DNA from: Dehalococcoidia bacterium
GTDB lineage: Bacteria; Chloroflexota; Dehalococcoidia; GIF9; AB-539-J10
Assembly (NCBI GenBank): GCA_003556385.1
Contig: PWRA01000012.1
Span: 1 to 46,150, forward strand
Length of the DNA: 46,150 nucleotides
Direction of reading: 5' to 3'
The notes beneath the pieces were generated by a model. The model was not told the DNA's origin, did not search any database, and was given only the letters and a program-made list of their open reading frames with translations. Below, piece after piece: positions 28,680 to 36,903 of the stretch (the first letter of the stretch is position 1; each line of letters begins with the position of its first letter). Made by a program: the position numbers and the translations under genes.

Positions 28680-29317
28680 ATGACAGACTCAGTGATTAAA
28701 CTCCCCCATGCGCCTTTGAGAGGTGATGTATCCCTGGAGGAAACGATATCAAGGCGCAGGTCAGTTCGCACTTACCGTATAGATGCCCTGGACCTGTCCG
28801 CGATTAGTCAATACTATGGGCGGCGCAGGGGCTCACCGACGGACGGAGGTTCAGGGCAGTACCCAATCCCGGAGCGACCTATCCTCTGGAGGTCTTTCTC
28901 TGCGCAGGCGAGCGAGGCGTTGTTGCCAATTAGGCGAAGACACCCCTAGAGCCGTTGGAGGCGGGCATCTGTCGATATGATGCAGATTCTCATTCTCTCA
29001 CCCTGCACAGGCCTGGCGATTTCAGGTCTGATCTCGCGCAGGCCGCTCTAAACCAGGAGTTCATTGGCGAGGCTCCGGCGAGCATCGTTATCTGTGCCCT
29101 GTATCAGAGAACTGCTACGAGATATGGCGCACGTGCACAGAGATATGTTCACATGGAGGTGGGACACGCTGGCCAGAATACCCACTTGCAGGCTGTGGCC
29201 CTGGGCTTGGCCAACGTAGAGGTCGGGGCATTTCGTGATGAGGAGGTGCGCATAGTTCTGGGAGTGGCGGGGGAGGTGAAGACTCTGTATATATTGCCCC
29301 TCGGCAAGCCCCGGTGA
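28680..29317 (+). pseudogene. SagB/ThcOx-type nitroreductase, disrupted
   Basis: RRRSVR N-terminus; 1-nt deletion near 28810 (restoring it gives SQILWAAQG...GATYPLEVF); in-frame TAG at 28931-28933; C-terminal RYG.RA.RYVHMEVGHAGQN. Confidence 0.8.
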
Positions 29318-29424
29318 AGAGCTATAGAACCCGGGGCACACCCTTGTGCTGTACCGGCTGACGGGCGTTTCTGAGCCATAGAGGTACTGAGCGCAAGCCC
29401 CACCTGCTACAGCTACAGCCTCGT

Positions 29425-29453
29425 TTGACTGCTAAGGGAGAAAGCTATAGAAT
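29425..29453 (+). promoter_or_regulatory. Putative sigma70 promoter of the meaB operon
   Basis: TTGACT-17 nt-TAGAAT. Confidence 0.6.
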
Positions 29454-29486
29454 GACCTGTCTAAGTGGTGGAGAGCGCAAAGCAGC

Positions 29487-30443
29487 ATGGAACTCGTTGA
29501 CCAGGTGCTCAAGGGCGAAAACAGCGCCCTGGCACGCCTCATCAGCCTGGTTGAGAACGAAAGCAGCCACATCCCCGAGGTCATGAAGCTCATATGCCCG
29601 CACCTGGGGAAGGCGCATTGCGTAGGGATCACCGGGCCTCCGGGATCAGGGAAAAGCACGCTGGTAGACAGGTTGACAGTTTTGGCGAGGAAACAGGGCC
29701 TGGAGGTGGGGATCATTGCTGTAGATCCCTCGAGCCCGTTCACAGGAGGGGCAGTACTAGGCGACCGCATCAGAATGCAACAGCACTATCTCGATCCGGG
29801 GGTCTTTATACGCAGCATGGCCACGCGTGGGAGTCTGGGTGGACTGCCCGAGGCGGCCAGTTCCGTGATCAGACTGCTGGATGCTGCAGGCAAAGACATC
29901 ATCATGGTAGAGACAGTAGGGGTAGGGCAAAGCGAAGTGGACATCATGGAGAAAACGGACACCGTGATCGTAATACAGTGTCCCGAGTCTGGAGATGCCA
30001 TACAGACAATGAAAGCAGGGTTGTTTGAGATCGCAGACATATTTGTCGTCAACAAGGCCGACCACCCCGATGCAGATAAGCTCGTGCGCGACATACAGGC
30101 GATGCTGAACCTGCGTGAGCCAGGCTGGTGGGACATACCTGTCATAGCAACTGAAGCTGTTAACGATGTCGGCATCGAAGACCTTTACACGCAAATCCAG
30201 TCACACCGGCAGGCTCTCTGTGAGACAGGCCAGCTCTTGCAGCGCCGTAGGCTACAACGGAAATTCGATTTTGTGAGGACTGTGGAGCGCAAACTAACTC
30301 ATAAGCTGCTCAAATCAGTGGAGCAGGACGGGCAGTTGAGCGTCTACATCGATAAGGTGGAAAAGGGAGAGCTTGACCCGTACTCCGCTGCCGAGGAAGT
30401 ACTTAGGTCAGAAAAGCTCCTGACCGACTGGATATGTCAATAA
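29487..30443 (+). CDS. meaB: Methylmalonyl-CoA mutase-associated GTPase MeaB/ArgK
   Basis: GITGPPGSGKST, AVDPSSPFTGGA.LGDRIRM, FIRSMATRG, ETVGVGQSE, NKAD. Confidence 0.95.
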   Translation: MELVDQVLKGENSALARLISLVENESSHIPEVMKLICPHLGKAHCVGITGPPGSGKSTLVDRLTVLARKQGLEVGIIAVDPSSPFTGGAVLGDRIRMQQHYLDPGVFIRSMATRGSLGGLPEAASSVIRLLDAAGKDIIMVETVGVGQSEVDIMEKTDTVIVIQCPESGDAIQTMKAGLFEIADIFVVNKADHPDADKLVRDIQAMLNLREPGWWDIPVIATEAVNDVGIEDLYTQIQSHRQALCETGQLLQRRRLQRKFDFVRTVERKLTHKLLKSVEQDGQLSVYIDKVEKGELDPYSAAEEVLRSEKLLTDWICQ

Positions 30444-30461
30444 CCCCCTTAATTAACCTTC

Positions 30462-31868
30462 ATGGCAAACAGCTATGACGTCGTCATAGTCGGGGCAGGT
30501 CCGGCGGGTATATTCGCAGGCCTGGAGCTCTGCAACTCGGGCCTTAACGTTTTGCTTCTGGACAAGGGAAGAGAACTCCCAGCCCGCGTTTGCCCGGTAC
30601 AGCATGGCGGCAATCGTTGTGTCCTTTGTTGCCCGTGCCATCTAGTAAGTGGCTTTGGGGGCGCCGGGGCCTTTAGCGATGGCAAACTGACGTTATCCAC
30701 CCAGGTGGGCGGCCGGCTGAAAGACCTGATCGGCTTACGGCAGGCGCAGGTGCTAATAGACTACGTCGATTCCCTGTATCTCAAATTCGGCGCTCCCTCG
30801 GAGTTCTATGGTGTAGGTGAGGGTGTCGCCGCGCTTGAGCAGCAGGCTAAGTCGGCCGGGTTTACCCTGACCCCCATCAAGTTGCGCCACCTGGGAACCG
30901 AGATCTGTTATGAAGCCTTGAAAGCCATGCAGGACTATCTGTCGCCCAGACTGGATATCAGGATGAGAGCTGCAGTGACGAGTATTGCGGTTGACGATAA
31001 CGGGAACAAGGTACTTGAAACCGACGACGGTCAGAGGCTCAATTGTCGGTACCTGATTCTGGCACCCGGGAGAGAGGGGTCAGAATGGCTATGCAATGAA
31101 GCCCGAAAGCTCAAGCTGACCCTCTACTCCAATCCTGTCGACGTTGGTTGTCGAGTCGAGGTACCAATGGCAACCATGGAGCATCTGACCTCGACTTTGT
31201 ACGAGGCGAAGCTGGACTTCTACTCAAGCAGCTTCAACGATCGAGTCCGCACATTCTGCATGTGCCCGGGGGGTGAGGTGATCATGGAGTCGACCGGTGG
31301 GGTCGATCCCGTCATTACGGTCAACGGCATTGGCTACGCCAAGCCGAGAACAATGAACACTAACTTCGCTGTGCTGGTGAGCACTACTTTCACCGAGCCG
31401 TTCCATGAGCCCATCGCTTACGGCAAGTATCTGGCAAGGCTGGGCAATGTCCTGAGCGGCGGCGTTCTGGTGCAAAGACTCGGAGACCTATTAGACGGTC
31501 GGCGCTCCACGCCTGCCCGCCTCCAGGAGAGCCATGTAGAACCGAGCCTGAAGGCAGCGGTGCCGGGAGACCTGAGCTTTGCGCTTCCCTACCGTTATCT
31601 CAAGAGCATAACAGAGATGCTCCAGGCCATGGACAAACTGGTTCCGGGTGTCTCATCTCCGCACACTCTACTCTATGGCATAGAGGTCAAGTTCTATTCC
31701 AGCCAACTGAAGGTGACTCCCTGCCTGGAGACCGAAGTCGAAAACGTGTTCGCTGCGGGCGATGGCGCGGGTATCAGTCGAGGGCTGGTGCAGGCCTCAG
31801 TCTCGGGGACGGTGGCAGCCAGGGAGATATTGAGACGCTCCGGCAAGAAGCGTTCCTGCATCTCTTGA
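30462..31868 (+). CDS. NAD(P)/FAD-dependent oxidoreductase (uncharacterised FAD-dependent dehydrogenase family)
   Basis: VGAGPAG, N-terminal Cys cluster, GGAGAFSDGKL, VRTFCMCPGG, NTNFA, EVKFYS, GDGAG.SRG. Confidence 0.85.
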   Translation: MANSYDVVIVGAGPAGIFAGLELCNSGLNVLLLDKGRELPARVCPVQHGGNRCVLCCPCHLVSGFGGAGAFSDGKLTLSTQVGGRLKDLIGLRQAQVLIDYVDSLYLKFGAPSEFYGVGEGVAALEQQAKSAGFTLTPIKLRHLGTEICYEALKAMQDYLSPRLDIRMRAAVTSIAVDDNGNKVLETDDGQRLNCRYLILAPGREGSEWLCNEARKLKLTLYSNPVDVGCRVEVPMATMEHLTSTLYEAKLDFYSSSFNDRVRTFCMCPGGEVIMESTGGVDPVITVNGIGYAKPRTMNTNFAVLVSTTFTEPFHEPIAYGKYLARLGNVLSGGVLVQRLGDLLDGRRSTPARLQESHVEPSLKAAVPGDLSFALPYRYLKSITEMLQAMDKLVPGVSSPHTLLYGIEVKFYSSQLKVTPCLETEVENVFAAGDGAGISRGLVQASVSGTVAAREILRRSGKKRSCIS

Positions 31869-32023
31869 GGCATCACGCCTCTTCAGCGCCTATTGCGCTC
31901 CTGCCGACGCCAAAGCCAGGCTTGTCTGGAGTGAACTGGCGCGTGGCCGAGTCCGTGGGCAATCGTGACGAGAGCGCGGTCTACGCCACCACATATGCCG
32001 TCTCAGATCATCTAAGGACCTGA

Positions 32024-32051
32024 CCGAGTACATACGTGCCGAGTACATACG
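32024..32051 (+). repeat. 13-bp direct repeat CCGAGTACATACG x2 abutting a -35 box
   Basis: Exact copies at 32024-32036 and 32039-32051. Confidence 0.9.
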
Positions 32052-32052
32052 G

Positions 32053-32081
32053 TTGACCTTTGTTCTCTGCCTTGTTAGACT
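32053..32081 (+). promoter_or_regulatory. Putative promoter of fbp-rdgB
   Basis: TTGACC-17 nt-TAGACT with extended TG. Confidence 0.65.
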
Positions 32082-32096
32082 ACGGCGGGGGGTGCG

Positions 32097-33191
32097 ATGG
32101 AAATAACGATAAGCGTCATCAAAGCGGACATCGGCGGTTACGTTGGGCATTCTTCGAGCCACCCCGATGTAGTAGAAAAGGGGAGGCAGAAGCTCATATC
32201 AGCCCAAAGCGAGGGCCTGCTCACGGATCATCATGTAACCGTATGCGGCGATGATCTCCAGTTGATAATGACCCACCAGAAGGGCACCGACAATGAGCAG
32301 ATTCACAAGCTGGCATGGGACACATTTGTCGAGTGTACCGCTGTAGCTAAGAGCCTGAAGCTACACGGTGCAGGACAGGACCTTCTGTCGGAAGCCTTCT
32401 CGGGCAATGTCAGAGGCATGGGCCCCGGAATTGCTGAGATGCAGTTTTCCGAGCGCGAGGCTGAGACCATCATCATATTCATGGCAGACAAAACGTCCTC
32501 GGGAGCCTGGAACCTGCCGCTATACAAGATGTTTGCCGACCCCTTCAACACCATCGGACTGGTCATAGCCTCTAACATGCACTCCGGCTTCGCTTTTGAA
32601 GTGCATGATGTCAAAGAAAGCAAGAAGATCAGGTTCAACGCTCCCGAGGAGATCTACGACATGCTGGTCTATCTCGGTGCGCCGAGCCGCTACGCCGTCA
32701 AGGCAGTCTATCATAAGGAGAGCGGCGAGATCGCGGCTGTCTCCTCTACCGAGAAATTGTCTCTTATGGCGGGCAGATACGTAGGAAAGGATGACCCGGT
32801 GTGCGTCGTTCGCTCGCAGGGGAAGTTCCCGGCTGTAGGCGAGATACTGGAACCTTTCTCGTTTCCTCATATAGTGGAGGGATGGATGAGAGGCTCGCAT
32901 AATGGCCCCCTTATGCCAGTAGCTTGCGGCCAGAGCAACCCTTGCCGTTTCGATGGCCCGCCAAGAGTGGTAGCTGCTGGTTTCCAGCTCGCCAACGGCA
33001 AGCTGGTCGGCCCCCGTGATCTCTTCGACGATCCGGCGTTCGACGAGGCCCGTCATCAGGCAAATATCCTGGCGGATTTCTTGCGCCGAATGGGTCCATT
33101 CGAACCCCATCGCCTGCCGCTTGAGGAAATGGAATACACCACCATGCCCGAGGTGGCCAGGAAGCTGGAGTCGAGATTCGAAGACATCTAG
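32097..33191 (+). CDS. fbp: Fructose-1,6-bisphosphate aldolase/phosphatase (class V, archaeal type)
   Basis: SVIKADIGG..GH, GDD, GAGQDLL, ADPFNT.GL, YVGKDDP (Schiff-base Lys), WMRGSH.GPL, EPHRL. Confidence 0.96.
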   Translation: MEITISVIKADIGGYVGHSSSHPDVVEKGRQKLISAQSEGLLTDHHVTVCGDDLQLIMTHQKGTDNEQIHKLAWDTFVECTAVAKSLKLHGAGQDLLSEAFSGNVRGMGPGIAEMQFSEREAETIIIFMADKTSSGAWNLPLYKMFADPFNTIGLVIASNMHSGFAFEVHDVKESKKIRFNAPEEIYDMLVYLGAPSRYAVKAVYHKESGEIAAVSSTEKLSLMAGRYVGKDDPVCVVRSQGKFPAVGEILEPFSFPHIVEGWMRGSHNGPLMPVACGQSNPCRFDGPPRVVAAGFQLANGKLVGPRDLFDDPAFDEARHQANILADFLRRMGPFEPHRLPLEEMEYTTMPEVARKLESRFEDI

Positions 33192-33209
33192 TCGGCCCTC
33201 GGGACACAA

Positions 33210-33812
33210 ATGACTGAGCTTCTCCTGGCTAGCTCGAATCCCGGAAAGACCAGGGAATACCGCCTCCTCCTCGATGGCGTGGGTTATCAGATAACCACGT
33301 TGCCTGAAGAGAGAATCAACGAAGCGGTCACCGAATCGGGACACACTTACGAGGAGAATGCCCGGCTAAAAGCGGTCACATATGCCAGGCGCAGCCGGCT
33401 CACTACACTCGCGGATGATTCGGGACTTGAGGTGGATGTCCTGGACGGGGCTCCGGGCGTGCAATCAGCCCGCTTTGCCGGTGAGTCTGCTACCGATACC
33501 GAGAGAGTGAACCTGCTCCTGGCCAAACTCAGCGGTGTTCCCTGGGCAAGGCGGACAGCCCGTTTCAAATGCGTTATCGTTATAGCCTCGCCGGCAGGTG
33601 GCCTGGCGACATGCTACGGTGAGTGCCAGGGCCTTATCGCCTTTGAAGCGAGGGGTGAAGGCGGTTTCGGCTATGATCCCGTCTTCTACCTTCCCGAGCT
33701 AGACAAGACTATGGCTGAGTTGCCTGCCGAGGTTAAGAACCGGATCAGCCACCGGGGCCGAGCAAGTCAGTGCGCGCGGCAGGTGCTCCTGCAACTGCGT
33801 AGCCGGCAGTAA
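33210..33812 (+). CDS. rdgB: Non-canonical purine NTP pyrophosphatase (RdgB/HAM1)
   Basis: SSNPGK, ENARLKA, ADDSGL, PGVQSAR, GFGYDPVF, KNRISHRG. Confidence 0.96.
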   Translation: MTELLLASSNPGKTREYRLLLDGVGYQITTLPEERINEAVTESGHTYEENARLKAVTYARRSRLTTLADDSGLEVDVLDGAPGVQSARFAGESATDTERVNLLLAKLSGVPWARRTARFKCVIVIASPAGGLATCYGECQGLIAFEARGEGGFGYDPVFYLPELDKTMAELPAEVKNRISHRGRASQCARQVLLQLRSRQ

Positions 33813-34013
33813 GCTTGATCCATGCCGCCACGCGTGAATAGGCCACCCGTAAGCGGAAGCGGGTCGATGACAACTGCACACTCAGCAGTCTGAATACCAC
33901 AACCCGGCCAGCCGGTCGGCGTCTTGCAGTAGCGCCTTCCCCCGCGGAGATCTTCAGTGACACGCGGCGAGGCCACTTTTCGCGAATATTCGACCAATAT
34001 TGAACCAAAACTA

Positions 34014-34043
34014 TTGACATTCGTGTAACGTATAGCTTATCCT
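34014..34043 (+). promoter_or_regulatory. Promoter of the small Zn-ribbon gene
   Basis: TTGACA-18 nt-TATCCT, followed by an AGGGAGGTG RBS. Confidence 0.65.
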
Positions 34044-34066
34044 AGTAGAAAAAGGGAGGTGAACGC

Positions 34067-34207
34067 ATGCAAGCATACTGTATGAAGTGCCGCGCCAAGA
34101 GGGAAATGAAAGACACCAAGAGCATAATCATGAAGAACCGCAGGCCGGCTACTCAAGGTGTGTGTCCCGTATGCGGGACCAAGATGTTCCGAATAGGCAA
34201 AGCCTGA
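34067..34207 (+). CDS. Small basic zinc-ribbon protein (DUF5679-like), 46 aa; not in the ORF track
   Basis: MQAYCMKCRAKREMKDTKSIIMKNRRPATQGVCPVCGTKMFRIGKA*; two CxxC motifs; strong RBS, own promoter and downstream hairpin. Confidence 0.9.
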   Translation: MQAYCMKCRAKREMKDTKSIIMKNRRPATQGVCPVCGTKMFRIGKA

Positions 34208-34235
34208 CGCTAGTACCAGAGTGGCAGAATCACCG

Positions 34236-34272
34236 GAAGGCCGGGCGTCCGTAAGCAGGATGCCCGGCCTTC
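34236..34272 (+). terminator. Strong hairpin after the small Zn-ribbon gene (putative terminator)
   Basis: GAAGGCCGGGCGTCC-gtaagca-GGATGCCCGGCCTTC 15-bp stem; U-tract is weak. Confidence 0.6.
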
Positions 34273-34362
34273 TCATTGCCGACGGCACCTGTGATCAAGG
34301 CCGCGCCGCCCGGCGAACAGCGTCGTGGCCCCTTCGGCCGCAGGAGTTCAATCGGCGGGCCC

Positions 34363-34818
34363 CTACACCACCCGCGGGATGTTGATTACTCCCAGGACTA
34401 CCAGTAGCACCACTACACCGGCTATGATGACCCCCAGCCCGACTGCGGGGAAAGCCTTCCTTCGATCCATACCCAGCAGCCAGGCCAGGGCGGTACCGGT
34501 ATATACCCCGGTGAAGGGCAAGGGCAGAGCCACAGTAAAGGTCAATCCCCAGAATCCGTATCTGTCTACTTTGGGCTTACCTCTCTCCCTGACCCCGGCC
34601 AGATATCTGTCAAACAACGGGATCCGGTATAGGAACCTGTCGTAGAAGAGATCCAGAGCAAGAAAGATGGGAAAGAACACCAGAGCGTTCGCGACGACTG
34701 CGATAAGGAAGGTGAACAGAGGATCCAGTCCCAGAGATATGCCCAGCGGAATACCGCCCCTCAGTTCACTGATGGGCAGAACGGTCAGAAGCAAGGTTAG
34801 AGCTATCTCCTTTGCCAT
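34363..34818 (-). CDS. Small multidrug-export-type membrane protein (COG2426 family)
   Basis: LPISELRGGIP, YGFWGL..VALPLPFTG.YTG motifs; start ATG 34818. Confidence 0.85.
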   Translation of the reverse strand: MAKEIALTLLLTVLPISELRGGIPLGISLGLDPLFTFLIAVVANALVFFPIFLALDLFYDRFLYRIPLFDRYLAGVRERGKPKVDRYGFWGLTFTVALPLPFTGVYTGTALAWLLGMDRRKAFPAVGLGVIIAGVVVLLVVLGVINIPRVV

Positions 34819-34891
34819 GATATGAATCCAGGGCAGCGCCACCAGTGGCCGTGAGGCACAGTCTAACACATGTTGGTACAGACAGGCGTGG

Positions 34892-34920
34892 TTGCCAAGC
34901 ACCTCATTCCATGTTATCTT
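34892..34920 (+). promoter_or_regulatory. Putative promoter of the glm operon
   Basis: TTGCCA-17 nt-TATCTT with extended TG. Confidence 0.55.
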
Positions 34921-35113
34921 CTCTGCGGCTGAACTACTCACACTGCTGTCGGTTCGCCAGGCGTAACGGTCGGACGGTGCCCGCCGCTTTGCGGACGGTA
35001 TACCTCAGAGGCCCTCCGCCTCGCTTAAGAGAGGACGCGCAAGACGCCAGGGGCCTCATGATGACGCATGGTAAGGGTGAGACCGACTCCAGAGTGATGC
35101 AGGCAGGTACGAG

Positions 35114-35380
35114 ATGAACATAGGAAGACCATTCGGTACCGGCGGCTTCAGCTGCGTAGTGGGTCGGGTGAACGAGAAGGCTCATGTTTCTGCTACCGAT
35201 GTGGTCAATGCGCTCGATGGCATGAAACTGGAGTCTATCGACTACTGGACGCTCATTATAGTTAGCGACACTGAGCCTGTGATACGGATAATTTGTGAAT
35301 CGACATCGCATGCAGAGACCGAAAGACTGATCGGGAGTAGTCGACGACTGATTGAGACTCTTGTGGAGGATAGCCAGTGA
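35114..35380 (+). pseudogene. glmM: Phosphoglucosamine/phosphohexomutase remnant (internal deletion)
   Basis: N-terminal FGTGG (FGTxG motif) fused directly to domain-IV DG.K....W.LI..SDTEPVIRIICES; no catalytic SHN or DxDxD motif; 88 aa against about 450; stop overlaps the next start. Confidence 0.75.
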
Positions 35381-36696
35381 AAGCGGTGTTTCTCTGTGGC
35401 GGCAGCGGCAAGAGGATGTTTCCCATCGCCGAGGACAAGTTCCTCTTTAAGTTCCTCGGGAGACCTTTGCTCGAACATCAGCTAGAAACAGCCCGCGCGG
35501 CGGGTTTGCGTCATTTCGTGATCATCGGGAACCCGGGGAATATCGCTCGAATAGAGGAAATAGCCAGCAGGATTCCGGAACTGAGAGTGGATTTCGCCGT
35601 GCAGGAGGAACCGCTAGGCATCGCCGACGCGTTGTGAAGCGCCCGGTCACTGCTGCACGGGAGGCTTCTGGTGATAAACCCCAATGATGTCTTCTCCCGT
35701 TCAGCATTCATGAAGATCATAGCCGCGGCCGAAGAAGGTGATGCCACCTCCTACATCCTCGGCTATCAAGTAAAAGAGTATTTCCCCGGAGGGTATCTCC
35801 AGGTTGGTTCCCAAGATAGACTGCTACACATCGTGGAGAAGCCCGGCCCCGGCGACGAGCCGAGTGACCTGGTGAACATACTGGTTCACCTCCATGAGAA
35901 CCCCGAGGAGCTCCTGGGCCACATTGAAAGGGTCCGCTCCACGAAGGATGACGTCTATGAGTGTGCTCTGGCCAGCATGCTGACGGCAGGCCGGCGGATT
36001 AAGGTGGTTCCCTACGATGGCTTCTGGGCACCGATCAAGTATCCGTGGCACATCTTCAGGGTAGTAGAGTATTTCCTGGACAACGCTGAGCACTCGATAG
36101 CGCCCTCAGCACTGATCTCGGATAGAGCAACCATCGAGGGAAAAGCCATACTGGGCGATAACGTCAAGGTGTTCGAAAACGCTGTGATCCGAGGTCCGGT
36201 ATATGTCGGACCAAACTCCGTAATCGGCAATGGCGCGCTGGTGCGGGACTACAGCCACATTGGCTCTAACACTGTAGTAGGCTATTCGACTGAGGTGAAG
36301 CACTCGTACATCGGGGATGATTGTTGGTTCCACTCCAACTATATCGGTGACTCGATAATAGATGATGACTGCTCCCTGGGATCCGGCGCAGTGTGCGCCA
36401 ACTTCAGATTGGATGAAGCGAACATCAGAATAGAGGTGGGCGCTAGTCCGGTCGACACCGGCTATGACAAACTGGGCGCAATCATGGGTCGAGGTTGTCG
36501 CATAGGCGTGAATGCAAGTCTGATGCCCGGGACTCGGGTGGGTCCCGGTGCTTTTGTCGGACCACAGGTTTGCTTGCACCGGGACCTGGGGGCAAACAAA
36601 TCAGCCTTGCTTGACTCTCGATACACGGTGGAAGACAACGAGGCAAGGCTTGACGAAGGCAAGAGACGAGAACTGCTGGATAAGCTGAGGGGATGA
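35377..36696 (+). pseudogene. Bifunctional sugar-1-phosphate nucleotidylyltransferase/acetyltransferase (archaeal GlmU-like) interrupted by in-frame TGA
   Basis: LCGG.GKRM.P N-terminus and QEEPLG; TGA at 35635-35637; reading continues in the same frame (SARSLLHGRLLVINPND) into hexapeptide repeats with YIGDS and KLGAIMG. Confidence 0.82.
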
Positions 36697-36718
36697 CAGG
36701 TACATGCGACTCGAGGCG

Positions 36719-36727
36719 TGTTATAAT
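36719..36727 (+). promoter_or_regulatory. Extended -10 promoter upstream of glmS
   Basis: TGtTATAAT. Confidence 0.55.
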
Positions 36728-36903
36728 CAATGCTCAGTTGCTTAGCGGCATGCGCGTTGTCTCTTGTGCTGGCTTGATGAACATGTCATCCCGGATAGGA
36801 GCAGGCGACCAGACTAGCCGCCAGAGCACTGAGAGATGCGATGAAGGTCGTGCCGCGGGCAACAAAGAAAGATAGCCTCGTACTATAGCGAGGGAATACT
36901 AAC

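Noticed and set aside
28931-28933. Pyrrolysine or amber recoding
   Set aside because: The same gene has an upstream frameshift, TAG ends many normal genes here (rplA, frr, proS), and no pyl genes are in the window
31869-33980. Other GC-rich intergenic stems (31890-31980, 33823-33970; also 38700-38760) as a REP/MITE family
   Set aside because: They can fold but share no primary sequence, terminal inverted repeats or target duplications. They also show that intergenic folding is common here, which is a caveat for the RNA candidates above
35635-35680. Selenocysteine recoding of the in-frame TGA
   Set aside because: The position is not a catalytic Cys-equivalent site in nucleotidyltransferases, only a weak 4-bp stem follows, and both neighbouring genes are also broken
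36697-36903. Canonical glmS ribozyme or SRP RNA
   Set aside because: Only loose fragments match (AGCCGCCAGAGC; CCGGATAGGAGCAG). The ribozyme core AGCGCC...GACGAGG and the SRP CAGG-xxx-GNRA-xxx-AGCAG loop are not present
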